A stretch of 63,145 bases of DNA, the filler included, from Sphacelaria rigidula (lineage: Eukaryota): NCBI GenBank assembly GCA_964200075.2. It is 4 parts of 4 records of this genome, joined end to end, with 100 filler letters (N's around TTAATTAATTAA, not from the genome) between each part and the next. Parts side by side here need not be neighbours in the genome. Positions count along the whole stretch, not along the records: positions 15,815 to 31,525 come from CAXNAA020001629.1; positions 31,626 to 47,336 come from CAXNAA020001630.1; 2 more parts are not named here. The stretch is one strand, 5' to 3'. The position numbers and the translations under genes are program-made. Numbering within the stretch: the first letter of the stretch is position 1; the number at the start of each line of letters is the position of its first letter. The notes beneath the pieces are model-generated. The model ran no database searches and was not told where the DNA came from. It was given only the letters and a program-made list of their open reading frames with translations. Below are positions 25,047 to 35,900 of the stretch, piece after piece.

Positions 25047-26849
25047 GTGAATGTTCAACGAAAGACGTCCTGCAGGGAGGGCTGCTTCAAGATAGCGTCG
25101 TTTAGGCTGGCGGGGAGCGGGAAGATACAGTTCTGCTCACAGCATGCCGAGGACAGAGTGGTGAATGTCAGGAACAAGTCGTGCCGCAGAGAGGGGTGCT
25201 TCATAATCCCGTCGTTTGGGTTTGGGGGAAGCAAGAAGGCGGAGTTTTGCTCACAGCACGCCGAGGACGGAATGGCGAATGTCAAGAACAAGACGTGCTG
25301 TAGAGAGGGCTGCTTGAAGATAGCGTCTTTTGGGTTGGTGGGAAGCAAGAGGGCGGAGTTCTGCTCACAGCACGCTGAGGACGGAATGGTTGATGTTAGG
25401 GACAAGACGTGCTGCACAGAGGGCTGCTTGAAGAGAGCGTCGTTTGGGTTGGCGGGAAGCAAGAAGGCCGAGTTCTGCTTACAGCACTCCGAGGACGGGA
25501 TGGTGAAGGTCGTCAACAGGACGTGCTGCAGAGAGGGCTGCTTCATAACCCCGTCATTTGGGTTGGCGGGAAGCAAGAAGGCGGAGTTCTGCTCACAGCA
25601 CGCCGGAGACGGGATGGTGAATGTCATCTGCAGGATGTGCTGCAGAGAGGGCTGCTCGAAGATTCCGTCGTTCGGGTTGGCGGGAAGCAAGAAGGCGGAG
25701 TTTTGCTCAGAGCATGCGGGAGACGGAATGGTCAATGTCAAGAAGAAGACGTGCTGCAGAGGGAGCTGCCTCATAATGCCGTCGTTTGGGTTGGCGGGAA
25801 GCAAGAAGGCGGAGTTTTGCTTACAGCACGCCGAGGGCGGGATGGTGAACGTCCTCAACAAGTTGTGCTGCGCAGAGGGCTGCTTAAAGACCCCGTCGTT
25901 TGGGATGGTGGGAAACAAGAAGGCGGAGTTTTGCTTACAGCACGCCGAGGACGGAATGGTTAATGTCAAGACCGAGACGTGCTGTAGAGAAGGTTGCTCC
26001 AAGCGGCCGTCGTTTGGGCTGGCGGGAAGCAAGAAGGCGGAGTTCTGCGCACAGCACGCGGAAGACGGGATGGTTAATGTCGTCAATACGACGTGCTACG
26101 GAGAGGGCTGCTTCAAGCTACCGTCGTTTGGGCTGGCGGGAAGCAAGAGGGCGAAGTTCTGCCTACAGCATTCCGAGGACGGAATGGTGAATGTCGCCAA
26201 CAAGTTGTGCTGCAGAGAGGGCTGCTTGAAGAGAGCGTCTTTTGGATTGGTGGGAAACAAAAGGGCGGAGTTCTGCTCACAGCACGCCGAGGACGGAATG
26301 GTGAATGTCGTCAACAAGACGTGCTGCAGAGAGGGCTGCTTGAAGAGAGCGTCTTTTGGGTTGGCGGGAAGCAAGAGGGCGGAATTCTGCTTACAGCATG
26401 CCGGAGAGGGCATGGTTAATGTCAGGAGGAAGATATGCTGCACAGAGGGCTGCTTCAAGCGGCCGTCGTTTGGGTTGGCGGGAAGCACAAAGGCGGAGTT
26501 CTGCCCACAGCACGCCCACAGCGAGATGGTGAACGTCCGCTCCAGCAAAAATGTCCGATCAGCAGCTTGCCGTTTTGAACAACCGGCGATTCGCACGAAA
26601 ATGGTGAAGCTAGAGATAGCTGTGCAAAAGTCAAATGACAGGGGAGGATATCCAAGACGGGCACGTATTCGCGGAATGCGGCAGTCGAAGCACGGTGAGG
26701 CTCCGAAGAGTAGCACCACAAAGAGAGCTGAGCTCACTCGTACGACTGGTGAGCTATCTACGGAGCAAGTTACCCATAGCATGACCACCGCATGCGTGCT
26801 AATGTGCGAGGGCGTGACGAGCGTGAAGTCCGAGATGAGCGTCTCATAG
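25047..26849 (+). CDS. EsV-1-7 domain (Cys/His zinc-finger-like) tandem-repeat protein, 13 x 38-aa repeats
   Basis: 600-codon open frame; repeat consensus K.CCREGC.K.PSFGLAGSKKAEFC.QHAEDGMVNV (C-x4-C...C-x2-H), matching the brown algal/phaeovirus EsV-1-7 repeat, then a basic C-terminal tail. The true start is uncertain: first in-frame ATG at 25272, in-frame TAG at 25026-25028 within a degenerate upstream repeat. Confidence 0.9.
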   Translation: MNVQRKTSCREGCFKIASFRLAGSGKIQFCSQHAEDRVVNVRNKSCRREGCFIIPSFGFGGSKKAEFCSQHAEDGMANVKNKTCCREGCLKIASFGLVGSKRAEFCSQHAEDGMVDVRDKTCCTEGCLKRASFGLAGSKKAEFCLQHSEDGMVKVVNRTCCREGCFITPSFGLAGSKKAEFCSQHAGDGMVNVICRMCCREGCSKIPSFGLAGSKKAEFCSEHAGDGMVNVKKKTCCRGSCLIMPSFGLAGSKKAEFCLQHAEGGMVNVLNKLCCAEGCLKTPSFGMVGNKKAEFCLQHAEDGMVNVKTETCCREGCSKRPSFGLAGSKKAEFCAQHAEDGMVNVVNTTCYGEGCFKLPSFGLAGSKRAKFCLQHSEDGMVNVANKLCCREGCLKRASFGLVGNKRAEFCSQHAEDGMVNVVNKTCCREGCLKRASFGLAGSKRAEFCLQHAGEGMVNVRRKICCTEGCFKRPSFGLAGSTKAEFCPQHAHSEMVNVRSSKNVRSAACRFEQPAIRTKMVKLEIAVQKSNDRGGYPRRARIRGMRQSKHGEAPKSSTTKRAELTRTTGELSTEQVTHSMTTACVLMCEGVTSVKSEMSVS

Positions 26850-28246
26850 CACTATTTTACTGACTTGACTGCGACACGAGTATCCGCTGCTACTCATGAT
26901 GGTGTGTAAGCGCTATGATATTGGTCGCCAGAAGACTGTTCACTAGCAGGTAACTGTTTATGACTGATCAGGATATTTGGGTGTGACCGGTGTCGAATAT
27001 AGAGTCGCCAGGGTCTGTCTTTTGACTCCCAACGGATACAAATCCAAGCGTACAACGCAGATTTCTCAGCCAAGTATGGAGGCCACAACTGAGCGCGTTC
27101 TCACATCTTGTGCAGAAGTTGTTCAATTCCGAAAGGTCCTGCGTTCATCAAGCGCGTGCAGATGTTGAATGACATAACGTGCTCTCTTCGGCACGGCCTT
27201 ACAAATATCTATTATGCTTGAGGATCACGCTAAGAAGGCACCTGAGGAGTATGCCGAGATGGGCACCTGGAGCAAGCTTGCGCGGTGGTGCGTGAGAAGC
27301 GATCTGCTTCCTTGAAGATGTTGATGTATGCGACTCTATTTGAACATTAAACAACACGGATTGCCGTGCCGGCTGCGTTTGTCGCAGCTTTACATGCAAC
27401 GAAAGAGCGCGTGGCGTCGTTGTGCGTGTTCAGACAAGACGATCGGCGCTGTTGAGGGTAGGCCGGAAACTGCGGTACGTGGTCTACCGATTGAATGGTT
27501 CGAGTCGACAGGAATTTCATGTTAAATCGGAATTGAACATCTCGCCAAACAGGGCACCATTGTGTATGGGTAGAGGGGCGGTTCCTCTACTGTGGGCCGT
27601 TGGACGTGTTTATCGCGTTGAGAGCAGTGAGGATTGGTTTGCTGCCGCCGATGCATGTCTTTCGTGAGGGGTCATATCTGCTTTTATTTGAAAATGTGAT
27701 GCTAGAAGTAGTCAGTCAGCCGATTCGACTTTTAATCCTGCGGCGTTTGGTGGGATTGAGCATATGGTCATCGCGATGACGAAGCGTCTCCTCTGGTTTG
27801 CTCCATGAACGGAAGTTTTCAATGCAATCAGCGGACTTGGACTCCCGGCATCTTTTGTCATCCCCCCGGTGGGATCAACACCGCGCGCTGGTATAATATT
27901 TCAGCAAGGGCAATTATGCGAATACCTGCCAACTGGCCTGAGAATTCAGGAAAGAAACAGTAACGGTGGCTATGAAACGGTGGCTTGGTCCGTGTGGACG
28001 CCTTCGAAGGAGCAGTGGTCGAGAAAAGGCATGCGCTGTCGTTCCGGGTGTGGTTGAGGGTCAAGTGGTGACGGAGTTGATTTATTGAGGCCCGAAGGAT
28101 GGCCCGACTTCAGTTTTGTGAAATCGCGCCTTGTTGTTTCCTTTTTACGCGCATGCACTGAAAGCAAAGCGGATAGTACTGGGCACAACGACAACGATGT
28201 GGGTAATCCTCCAGAGCTGTCCTCCACTCTATTACGGCCGAAATGG

Positions 28247-28540
28247 CGCACGGGTGGCCACTGGGGTCTGTAACCTGGCCATTTTGGGACCTTATCCACC
28301 TTTGGCAAGGTCCGCGGGTTGAGTAGACAACTGAAGAGCATTCGCACAGCATGGACAGGATCGAAACAAAACATGTCCCAGTCTAAAGGCGGGTGACTCC
28401 CCTGTAGACTGGAACATGCTTGTTTCGAACCTGTCCATGCTGTGCCAATGCTCTTCATTTGTCCACCTAATTCGCGGACCTTGCCAAATGTGGATAAGGT
28501 CCCAAAATGGCCAGGTTAGACCCCAGTGGCCACCCGTGCG
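28247..28540. mobile_element. Fold-back MITE (294-bp near-perfect hairpin)
   Basis: cgcacgggtggccactggggtct..aacctggccattttgggaccttatccac pairs almost perfectly with the right end; pairing continues to a short loop near 28395. Confidence 0.85.
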
Positions 28541-29314
28541 AGATGTATTTCTTTGCTTTTGCTTTTTTCGGGTTCTTGCTTAGTTTATTGGTCACGGTTC
28601 GGCGATTGTAGATACTGTTGTATCATTTTATTGGCCTCATCGTACATTGTCATGTAACGGAAAAGACACACTTTAACTTGTGTGCACACACTATATATGT
28701 GTAATTCACATTACATTTAATGTGTACCAGTTTACTGTACAATCACACCCGGAGGAGAGATACGTAATGGAGGCCAAGTGGCGCGACCTATTTGCCGGTG
28801 GGGTATGAAGATAAGAGCGTACAGGTCGCGAACGCCATGAGCCCATTTTCAAATCGAAATGTCATCGTTCGATACTCACCACCTAGGTAGGAAGATGCCA
28901 GTTCAGTGGGCACCGGGGGCTAGCGGGCCCAAACACAATCATTAGTATCGAAGCCACTGAGCTCGACGTTACCAAGTGTAAAGTCAGCCACCGCACCAGT
29001 GGTCAGGTGGCATGCCGTGAGCCGCGCAGGCTGCAGCACAACATGTGTTGCATGGAGGTCGGGCTTACATCGTAAAAAGACCAGAGATCTCTCTGATACC
29101 GCAGTCCGTGATGACGTAGATGCTCTTGTATTATTGGCGTACAGGCTAACTCATCCTTTGTGAGTTGAGATGCATAGTCCAAAACGCTGTGACACTTGAG
29201 GGCGGCCGGCTCGATCCCAACTACAATGGAGTATGACCCATCAGGTACCAAGCATGACAAAGTATGACACATGAGAACCTAATCGACTGGACAATGACCA
29301 ATAAATCTGTAATG

Positions 29315-30200
29315 TCCCCCTAGCCATATTTATATGGCTAAACAAAACAATATTGGAAGGCTGGAAAGGCCAGAACAAAAACAAAGCCTGTGCATCATAC
29401 GCCTGAAAGTAAAACGAGAAAAGCCTGCTGAATTACAGTACAGGGGAAAACTCGTTGCAGATCTAATGAATAGGTAAACCCTGATAAGCAGGGGAAAACT
29501 CCATCCGTTAGGAAAGGAAAAAAGACTATAACGCCCTTTCCAACGACAAAAACAGCAGACAAGTACCGTCGCTGTCGTGTTCCCGGGATCTCAGTTAGAC
29601 TGGAGAACGATCGGCTAGTTAGCTTGATCGCGCGTTGACACCCTGGATCAGTTCCACTGGATTCTGGGGTAGTGCAGGGCTTGAACCTCGCTGAAAACAA
29701 CCTTTCCACGAACTGATCAATAATTACAGGAGTGCAGCGTTTGAGGGGTGCTCTTCTGTAACTACTGACGCCTATTCTACTGGAACTAGAGCCCACGCGC
29801 CTTGGCTCACACATGTGCTCGTATGTTACCAAATGGGGAGCAATCAATAACACAAAGCGACAAAAGAAAAAGACAAGGAAATTCATACTGAAGCATACGG
29901 TAGCAGCGATCTATAGTTGCTCATTCCCTTATTTCATCACCCATTCCTCTCGCAATAATATCAGATACCACATCACACAACAGCTATTCGTGAACGTCCT
30001 CGGCTCCAGTCTCTCTTTGGTTCCTCCGTTCCAGCTTGGGGCGCTCAAGTTCCCCCCGAGATAGCTCTTTCCAGTCTTCATCTTCGTATCGTACTCGCCG
30101 AAAGAAATTCCCATAATCATACACGTAGTGCTTCAGCTTGGCACCGCTATAGCTTTTCCAGGAGGTTACACCTATGGGCAAAAGCTTCAAGGTATCACTA
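29315..30200 (-). pseudogene. Possible 3' remnant of an LTR retrotransposon (Tudor/chromo-like C-terminus plus 3' region)
   Basis: Minus-strand RVRYEDEDWKELSR motif (ORF 29984-30370) and a downstream purine tract agggggaca near 29320 that could be a PPT. Confidence 0.35.
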
Positions 30201-30254
30201 CGTGGGGAAGGGGGGTGCTTTGAGTGCGATGGCGAGGTCGAAGAAACTGTGGGG

Positions 30255-30757
30255 TGATACAAGTGCAAAAGGCTCATGACGCAGTATGGAGCAATGGGTT
30301 GTAGGAAAATATGTGAGGAACTGGGATCATAGAAAACGTGTGGACGATGAAGACGACAGAAATGTGCCAAAAGTGCGATGATGCTAGACAGGGAAACATC
30401 GAAATATTTTTAAATTTTGCAAGGAGTCGCACCAGGATGTACGTTATCACCCTCTTTACTCGAGGTATTCTTTGATGACCTGATACTAGCATTAGACATG
30501 GCAAAGCAAGGGGTGAAGTTGCTGAAGATTTGTAAACTGTGCAGCTGGCAGGAGCCAGAGGAATACTTTGATGCGGAAACGGTTCAAGTGGCAGCAGGTA
30601 ATATATTGCTTGGATGCAATACAAATAGTGAAGAAAATGAAACCAGTACAGATTGCAACAGCTCAGAAAATACTTGGATGCAGTGAAGTTGGTGAGGGAG
30701 TTGGAAACAGTACAGATGACAGCAGCTGGGGAAATTACTTGGATGCTCGACACAAAT
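30255..30757 (+). pseudogene. Non-LTR (LINE) reverse transcriptase fragment
   Basis: Decayed KA(Y/H)D.VW.NGL, SAMMLD.E.SKY..ILQGVA.GCTLSP.L..VF.DDLI.A...AKQGV and a duplicated ETVQ.AA..ILGC segment. Confidence 0.75.
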
Positions 30758-31525
30758 GAGTACGCCCCCCCCTACCCCCCTAGTCTTCCCCTTTTCCCCA
30801 CCATCAGTGCCCGAAATAACGTAGAGTTCTCGACAATCCAACATGGTGACAGAACAGGCAATGCAGTCCAACACGGGGACAAACTCAGGGGTGAGGTGAA
30901 TGTGGGTGTAGCGTTCCAGTTTGGTCCCCCTCAAGGTTGGACGCAAACGCTTTGGGTATGAGGTGTTTCGGATAGGGTGGGCGGATATGGAAGGAACTTC
31001 TTGCTTTTGAGACAGCGGTGGTACGTGTGCAATGTTTACGGCCAGTCCAGAGCTCGAAGGGAAACGTGTCAGACGGTAGCATGGCGTCGGGTCGTCGGGT
31101 AGGGTGCGATTGCGCAAGAGTGTGCGTGAAACGTACTCTCTCTGGGGCCAAGATTTGCACAATTCTGTAACCTTTTCAGCAGCCGTCCCCCTAGGTTCTC
31201 GAATCCTGTGAAACTTTAGACATAATCCTGGCGAAAATAAAATAGACAAGGCATGCGGAATAAAAATATAATTATGAGGTACGTTGGACTAAATATACGG
31301 AGACAAAGCACAGAAATGACAAGTGGTGAAGTCTTGCTGCAGTTATATGGCACATGAGTTTGATAGCAAAAGGAGAACGCGCGTTTACCTACATCGTGCA
31401 GCAATACTGTTGGCTTTCCTACTTATTTAGAATATCGGTCAGCGGGGCGACTAGAGTGCTACGCCCTGTGACGGTTTAAGAGACAACCAACTAGACTACT
31501 GACAAGTCAGCGCTGACTTATCAGT

Positions 31526-31625
31526 NNNNNNNNNNNNNNNNNNNNNNNNNNNNNNNNNNNNNNNNNNNNTTAATTAATTAANNNNNNNNNNNNNNNNNNN
31601 NNNNNNNNNNNNNNNNNNNNNNNNN
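31526..31625. other. Assembly gap with artificial TTAATTAATTAA linker
   Basis: 100-nt N block with central linker. Confidence 0.95.
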
Positions 31626-32119
31626 ATGAGAGCGTTTTCTTTTGTTATTCTAACGAGAAGAGGCTTGTAGGAGTCACTTTTTTGGTCGGCTAGCGGTGAG
31701 AGTGTACCGCATTTTTCACAACGCATCTTCTACGTGTGTGTGTTGGCTACCCATGCAAGCCAACAATCTCCACCGAAGATTTTCCTGTGAGTCTCTGAAC
31801 CCTGCTTCAAAATCATTCCCCAGTTGTGTGGTCCCTCACCATTTTCACGACTTTTTTGTCCCAAATTAACTTCAGGTGACTTTTTCGTGGAAGAAGGGAT
31901 TCGCGCCCGGGATCTTCTGTCAATGTATGAAGCATGCGGGTCATCTCACTGGTGTCCCCAATATGAAAAGGTGCATCCTCGACGGACACCAGGGGGGATG
32001 TTTCCCTCCATGAGGTGGTTCCCACATAGCTCCATAAAAGATTGAAAAACTGCGACATCCTCGGTCACGAATGTGCTACTTGCATGCGGAAGATACTGGA
32101 AACATTTCGGGGCAAGTCA

Positions 32120-32470
32120 CCTAAAATGGGGCCCAGGGTAGAACTTTTTGTGTAACACCGCTGCTTAAGTGAAACAGGAGACTCTAGTCATGGAGGTCAC
32201 GAGTTCTAATCTCCACAGATCCTCTTTTTGTTTCGCAGAACTTGACTCTGTCGGCGTTACATGTTATGCAGTCTATTATTTTTTTTACAGCAAAGATCGC
32301 GCGACCAGGTTGGTCTACAGCTTACGGCGATATACCTACCTCGGGCTGATTCGGGAAACTGAAAAGGTTTTTGTGTGCTTAGGATATGCACATTTTATAT
32401 CCGGCCCGGCTCGTACTGGCACTGTCCGTACAGCTACTGTAGTTACCGTGCCTTTGTTTCGAGAGTTATC
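32120..32470. repeat. Dispersed repeat (second copy ~37485-37900)
   Basis: Shared ctaaaat..ggcccag.gt.gaac.ttttgtgtaacaccgctgc...aggagactctagt.atgg.ggtcacga and gattcgggaaactgaaa. Confidence 0.7.
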
Positions 32471-32509
32471 TGACGGCACTATACAGGGCGCTGTAACACG
32501 GGTTTTAAT

Positions 32510-32950
32510 AGCCAATCAACGAAATTGAGGATGTAGCTTTTTATTGAGGATGAGAACCCGGAGGATTAAATCTTCGTACCCACACCGAATCTTCGAAAAG
32601 ATATGGTTCCAGTTCCTCACCTACTGGTAGCTACCTACAAGTGCTACACGCTCTACAATTTTGAATTTCGACAACCGAATTTTCGGGTTCATAGAGAAAG
32701 AAACAATTTTGGGGGGTTAAGGTGATCCGATCGGATCGCCGAAATTCCCCAAAGTTGGTTTTTCACCTAGGACCCCAACAGTTCGGACACATGTATCCAA
32801 ATTTGAATGACGTGTAGTACTTGTCAATAGCTACCAGTAGGTGAAGGGATGGAACCATATTTCGAAAATTTGGTGTGGATACGAATATTTTAATCATCCG
32901 GGTTCTCATCCCCAATAAAAAGCTCCATCCTCACTTTCGATGATCGGCTG
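32510..32950. mobile_element. Long-inverted-repeat element, same family as 1745-2270
   Basis: gctttttattgaggatgagaacccgga...ctactggtagcta pairs with tagctaccagtag...tccgggttctcatcccaataaaaagc. Confidence 0.75.
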
Positions 32951-35900
32951 TTTTTCGAAGGAGTATCAACCTCGATTTTATCAAGAGTAGCGGCTCGATT
33001 TCAGAAGCCGCTTCGCTGGAAAAAATCCCATCGATATCTTCCGATAGTCGGGGTGTTTCGAAGAGGCAGGGGTTTCGTTTTTGGAGAAAAATCGACGCTC
33101 CAACATGGAAAACAACGCTCCAACATGTAGGATCATGGGTGGCAAGAGCCCTAGGTAGGTGCCGGCTAGGCGATCCGTGATGGCACTGTATTCAATGGAG
33201 GATCCACGGTGTGAGAATGCGAAGGAGACGATAACTGCTCAGATGATAAAAGAGAGCTCAAAACGTTTATGTTTGCCTACACAGACATCATCAAGTGGCG
33301 AGAGGTTCGCACCGTGGGCTGAGATAAACGTTTCGGAACCGATCGATCAAGGGGTGACCCATTGGGTATGAATCGTGACAGGGTTGTGTTGAATTTGGTA
33401 TCTGTGGCAGGTTCGGTGATCTCCTGTTGTCTGAAAGTGCGACGTCGCACTTTTGCCTGCCGCAGGAGACGATATTTGCCCAAAATACATAAGAGAGCTC
33501 ATGAAATCATCTTGCATAGACAAAGATGAATCGAATGGCGCGAGGTTCGCGCTGTGACTTGAGATCGACTTGAAAATGACCGAAACAGGATAGTATTTAA
33601 CTTGGATCTGCGGTAAGTTCGGCGATTTTCTCTGTCGCCTGTCATCTGAGAACGCAACACCCATTTTCACATGCCACAAGAGGGACCAAGAAATTATCCA
33701 GCCCACACATGGATGCATCGAGTGGCGCATAAGATTCGCACAGTGAGCTAGCTGACTTAAGCTCTTGAGATTCATTCGATCAAGGCGTGACCCTTGTCAA
33801 CAAAATGACACCGTTTCCCTTCCTTCTCTGACACCTAATCTCCTGTCAGAGCTTGATATTTTCAATAACCAAATAATTAATCTTCCCACGTTCCCTCCCA
33901 TTTGTTGTTCCAACTTATACCTTGTTTTTCGAGCTTGATTATATTCCCCTCCAGAAGACCAAATACAGTGAAATATCAAAAGTCGCTTTTTTTCCCAGGT
34001 GGCCAAAACAGTCCTGACACAAAACAAAGAACTGAAATGCAAAATATCATACTTTGCGCTCAGGGTGGAGGGTGGAAAACGCTCCAAACTGCTTACCCGG
34101 TTTGTCCTGGAGAACCCTTCACGTCCCCCTGGGGGGGGGCACGTTTTGAAGCTACCCCCCCAGGTCTTTCATCCATCATCTCAGTGTTGTTTTATCCCCC
34201 CCAAGTGCCCGCCTCCAGCCTGGAAGAAAGTTTTTTTTCCGACAAGATTTTTCTTTATGAAGCAGGACATTTACTCCGGGCCATCCTTGCCGGTCGCTTG
34301 TTCCGGTCTGGAGTGGTGGTATACTCTATAAGTTGATGTGTATGTCTTTTTCTGCAATATTACTCTCAATTCACCACCATCGTCGTCTTCATCAGTCGTA
34401 TCATGTACGTTCTTTTTGCATTGCTACTTATGCCGCCCCCGCCGCCCATTGGGCGCCGGGACGTCGCCTAGCCCGTGTATTCCGACATGTAATTTCCACC
34501 GTCAATCGACAATCGACGGAGATAGTGCAGATGCATGATACTACAAACATGAGAGTTTGAACACACCCAGGAGAGTGATTATTTCTCGTGCACCGATAAG
34601 CCACCTTCAAACACCCCTAAAGCCTCATACTGTACATTCCATCTACGCCAATACCTTATGGTGCTCTGCTGCTCCAAAAAATAGCGGGCCATGAGCGCTT
34701 TTATGGTCAATTACATACCACAGTATGTATCCCGACAGCGAGTTGCTTACACATATACTACAGTGTTCTTTCTCACGAACGTTCAACCCTATATCTTATC
34801 GCTATTGTTCTCCGTACCGCCGCACATGCTATAAGTGACAAATTCAATGACGACAGCTGCTTGCACTCCTTGCTATTCTAGCTTAGCGTTCAACAAGCAG
34901 TACATTTCACCCGCAAACAGCTGTCTACACACCGATGACACTCAAGGGATGCAAGTCGACAACCGAACGGAAGATTATGTCTTCCCGTCATTATCACATC
35001 GACCCTGTTATTTGTACACCTGCCGTCGAAAAGCAAAGCGATTGATCACAAACAAGGAAAAAAAAAGACACGCACATCCTGCTTCTTGGCGGCAGAACTA
35101 CGAAGAACTCGTGTGTCTTGCCTGCACAGAAGAGCCGCTTACGCATCTACATCTTATATTAAAAAAGACAGGCCAGTCACACGGAATGGTTCACCAAACG
35201 TCCGCGAACGAATGTTCGCACATACCTCCTCGCATCGAACTACGAACAGAATACTGTTACATGCACGTGGTCAGCGCTGTGTACGACAGGGGCTGACGGA
35301 AGTGCCAACACACAGAACCAGTGGTGTGTTGAGGGAGACTTGTTTCCCGTTCACATTTCAGATAGACGGTCAAACTATGTTTCACTGTACAGTCGTCCCT
35401 AACGACAATGTGGACGGAGCTGAAATTTTGCCGCAGTACGCAACATGGAGCGGCTCGCCACCCTTAAAAGAAAGAGTGTGCTGTTTCCTCCAAATCCTAC
35501 TCCCACACCCACCGCAGGCAGCTAGCTTCCAATAGTGGACTGGAAACGGAATCTATTGTCATACGTTTGTGTACGCGGCAAGAATCTAGCCGAACATAAC
35601 CCCGTGCTTCACTTCACCTTGAAACACAAAGTAAGCGCACCACGTACACGTCAAAGGCACGCACACGCGGATATTGTAATAATTCTGGCAGCTCGCCAAT
35701 AACTGGCGACACGCACACAACACATCCGCCCAAGACTAATCGATGCAGGACAAGGCTAATCAATGTAGGGCACGCCCACGGATGATCGACGTAGGGCCCT
35801 CAAATGGTGGTAACCGTTAGATTTGGTCATGCCGCAGCGAAGCTACGCCGAGCACGCGTACTCTCCGCTATCGCGATCCACACGAACGATTTCGTAAGGG

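Noticed and set aside
25055-26788. Long antisense and alternate-frame ORFs (343 aa, 230 aa, 184 aa) over the EsV-1-7 gene
   Set aside because: Shadows of the 114-bp tandem repeat lacking stops; no independent evidence.
25047-26849. Endogenous phaeovirus (provirus) insertion
   Set aside because: No other NCLDV genes (capsid, polymerase, integrase) or gene-dense segment nearby; EsV-1-7 repeats are also a host gene family.
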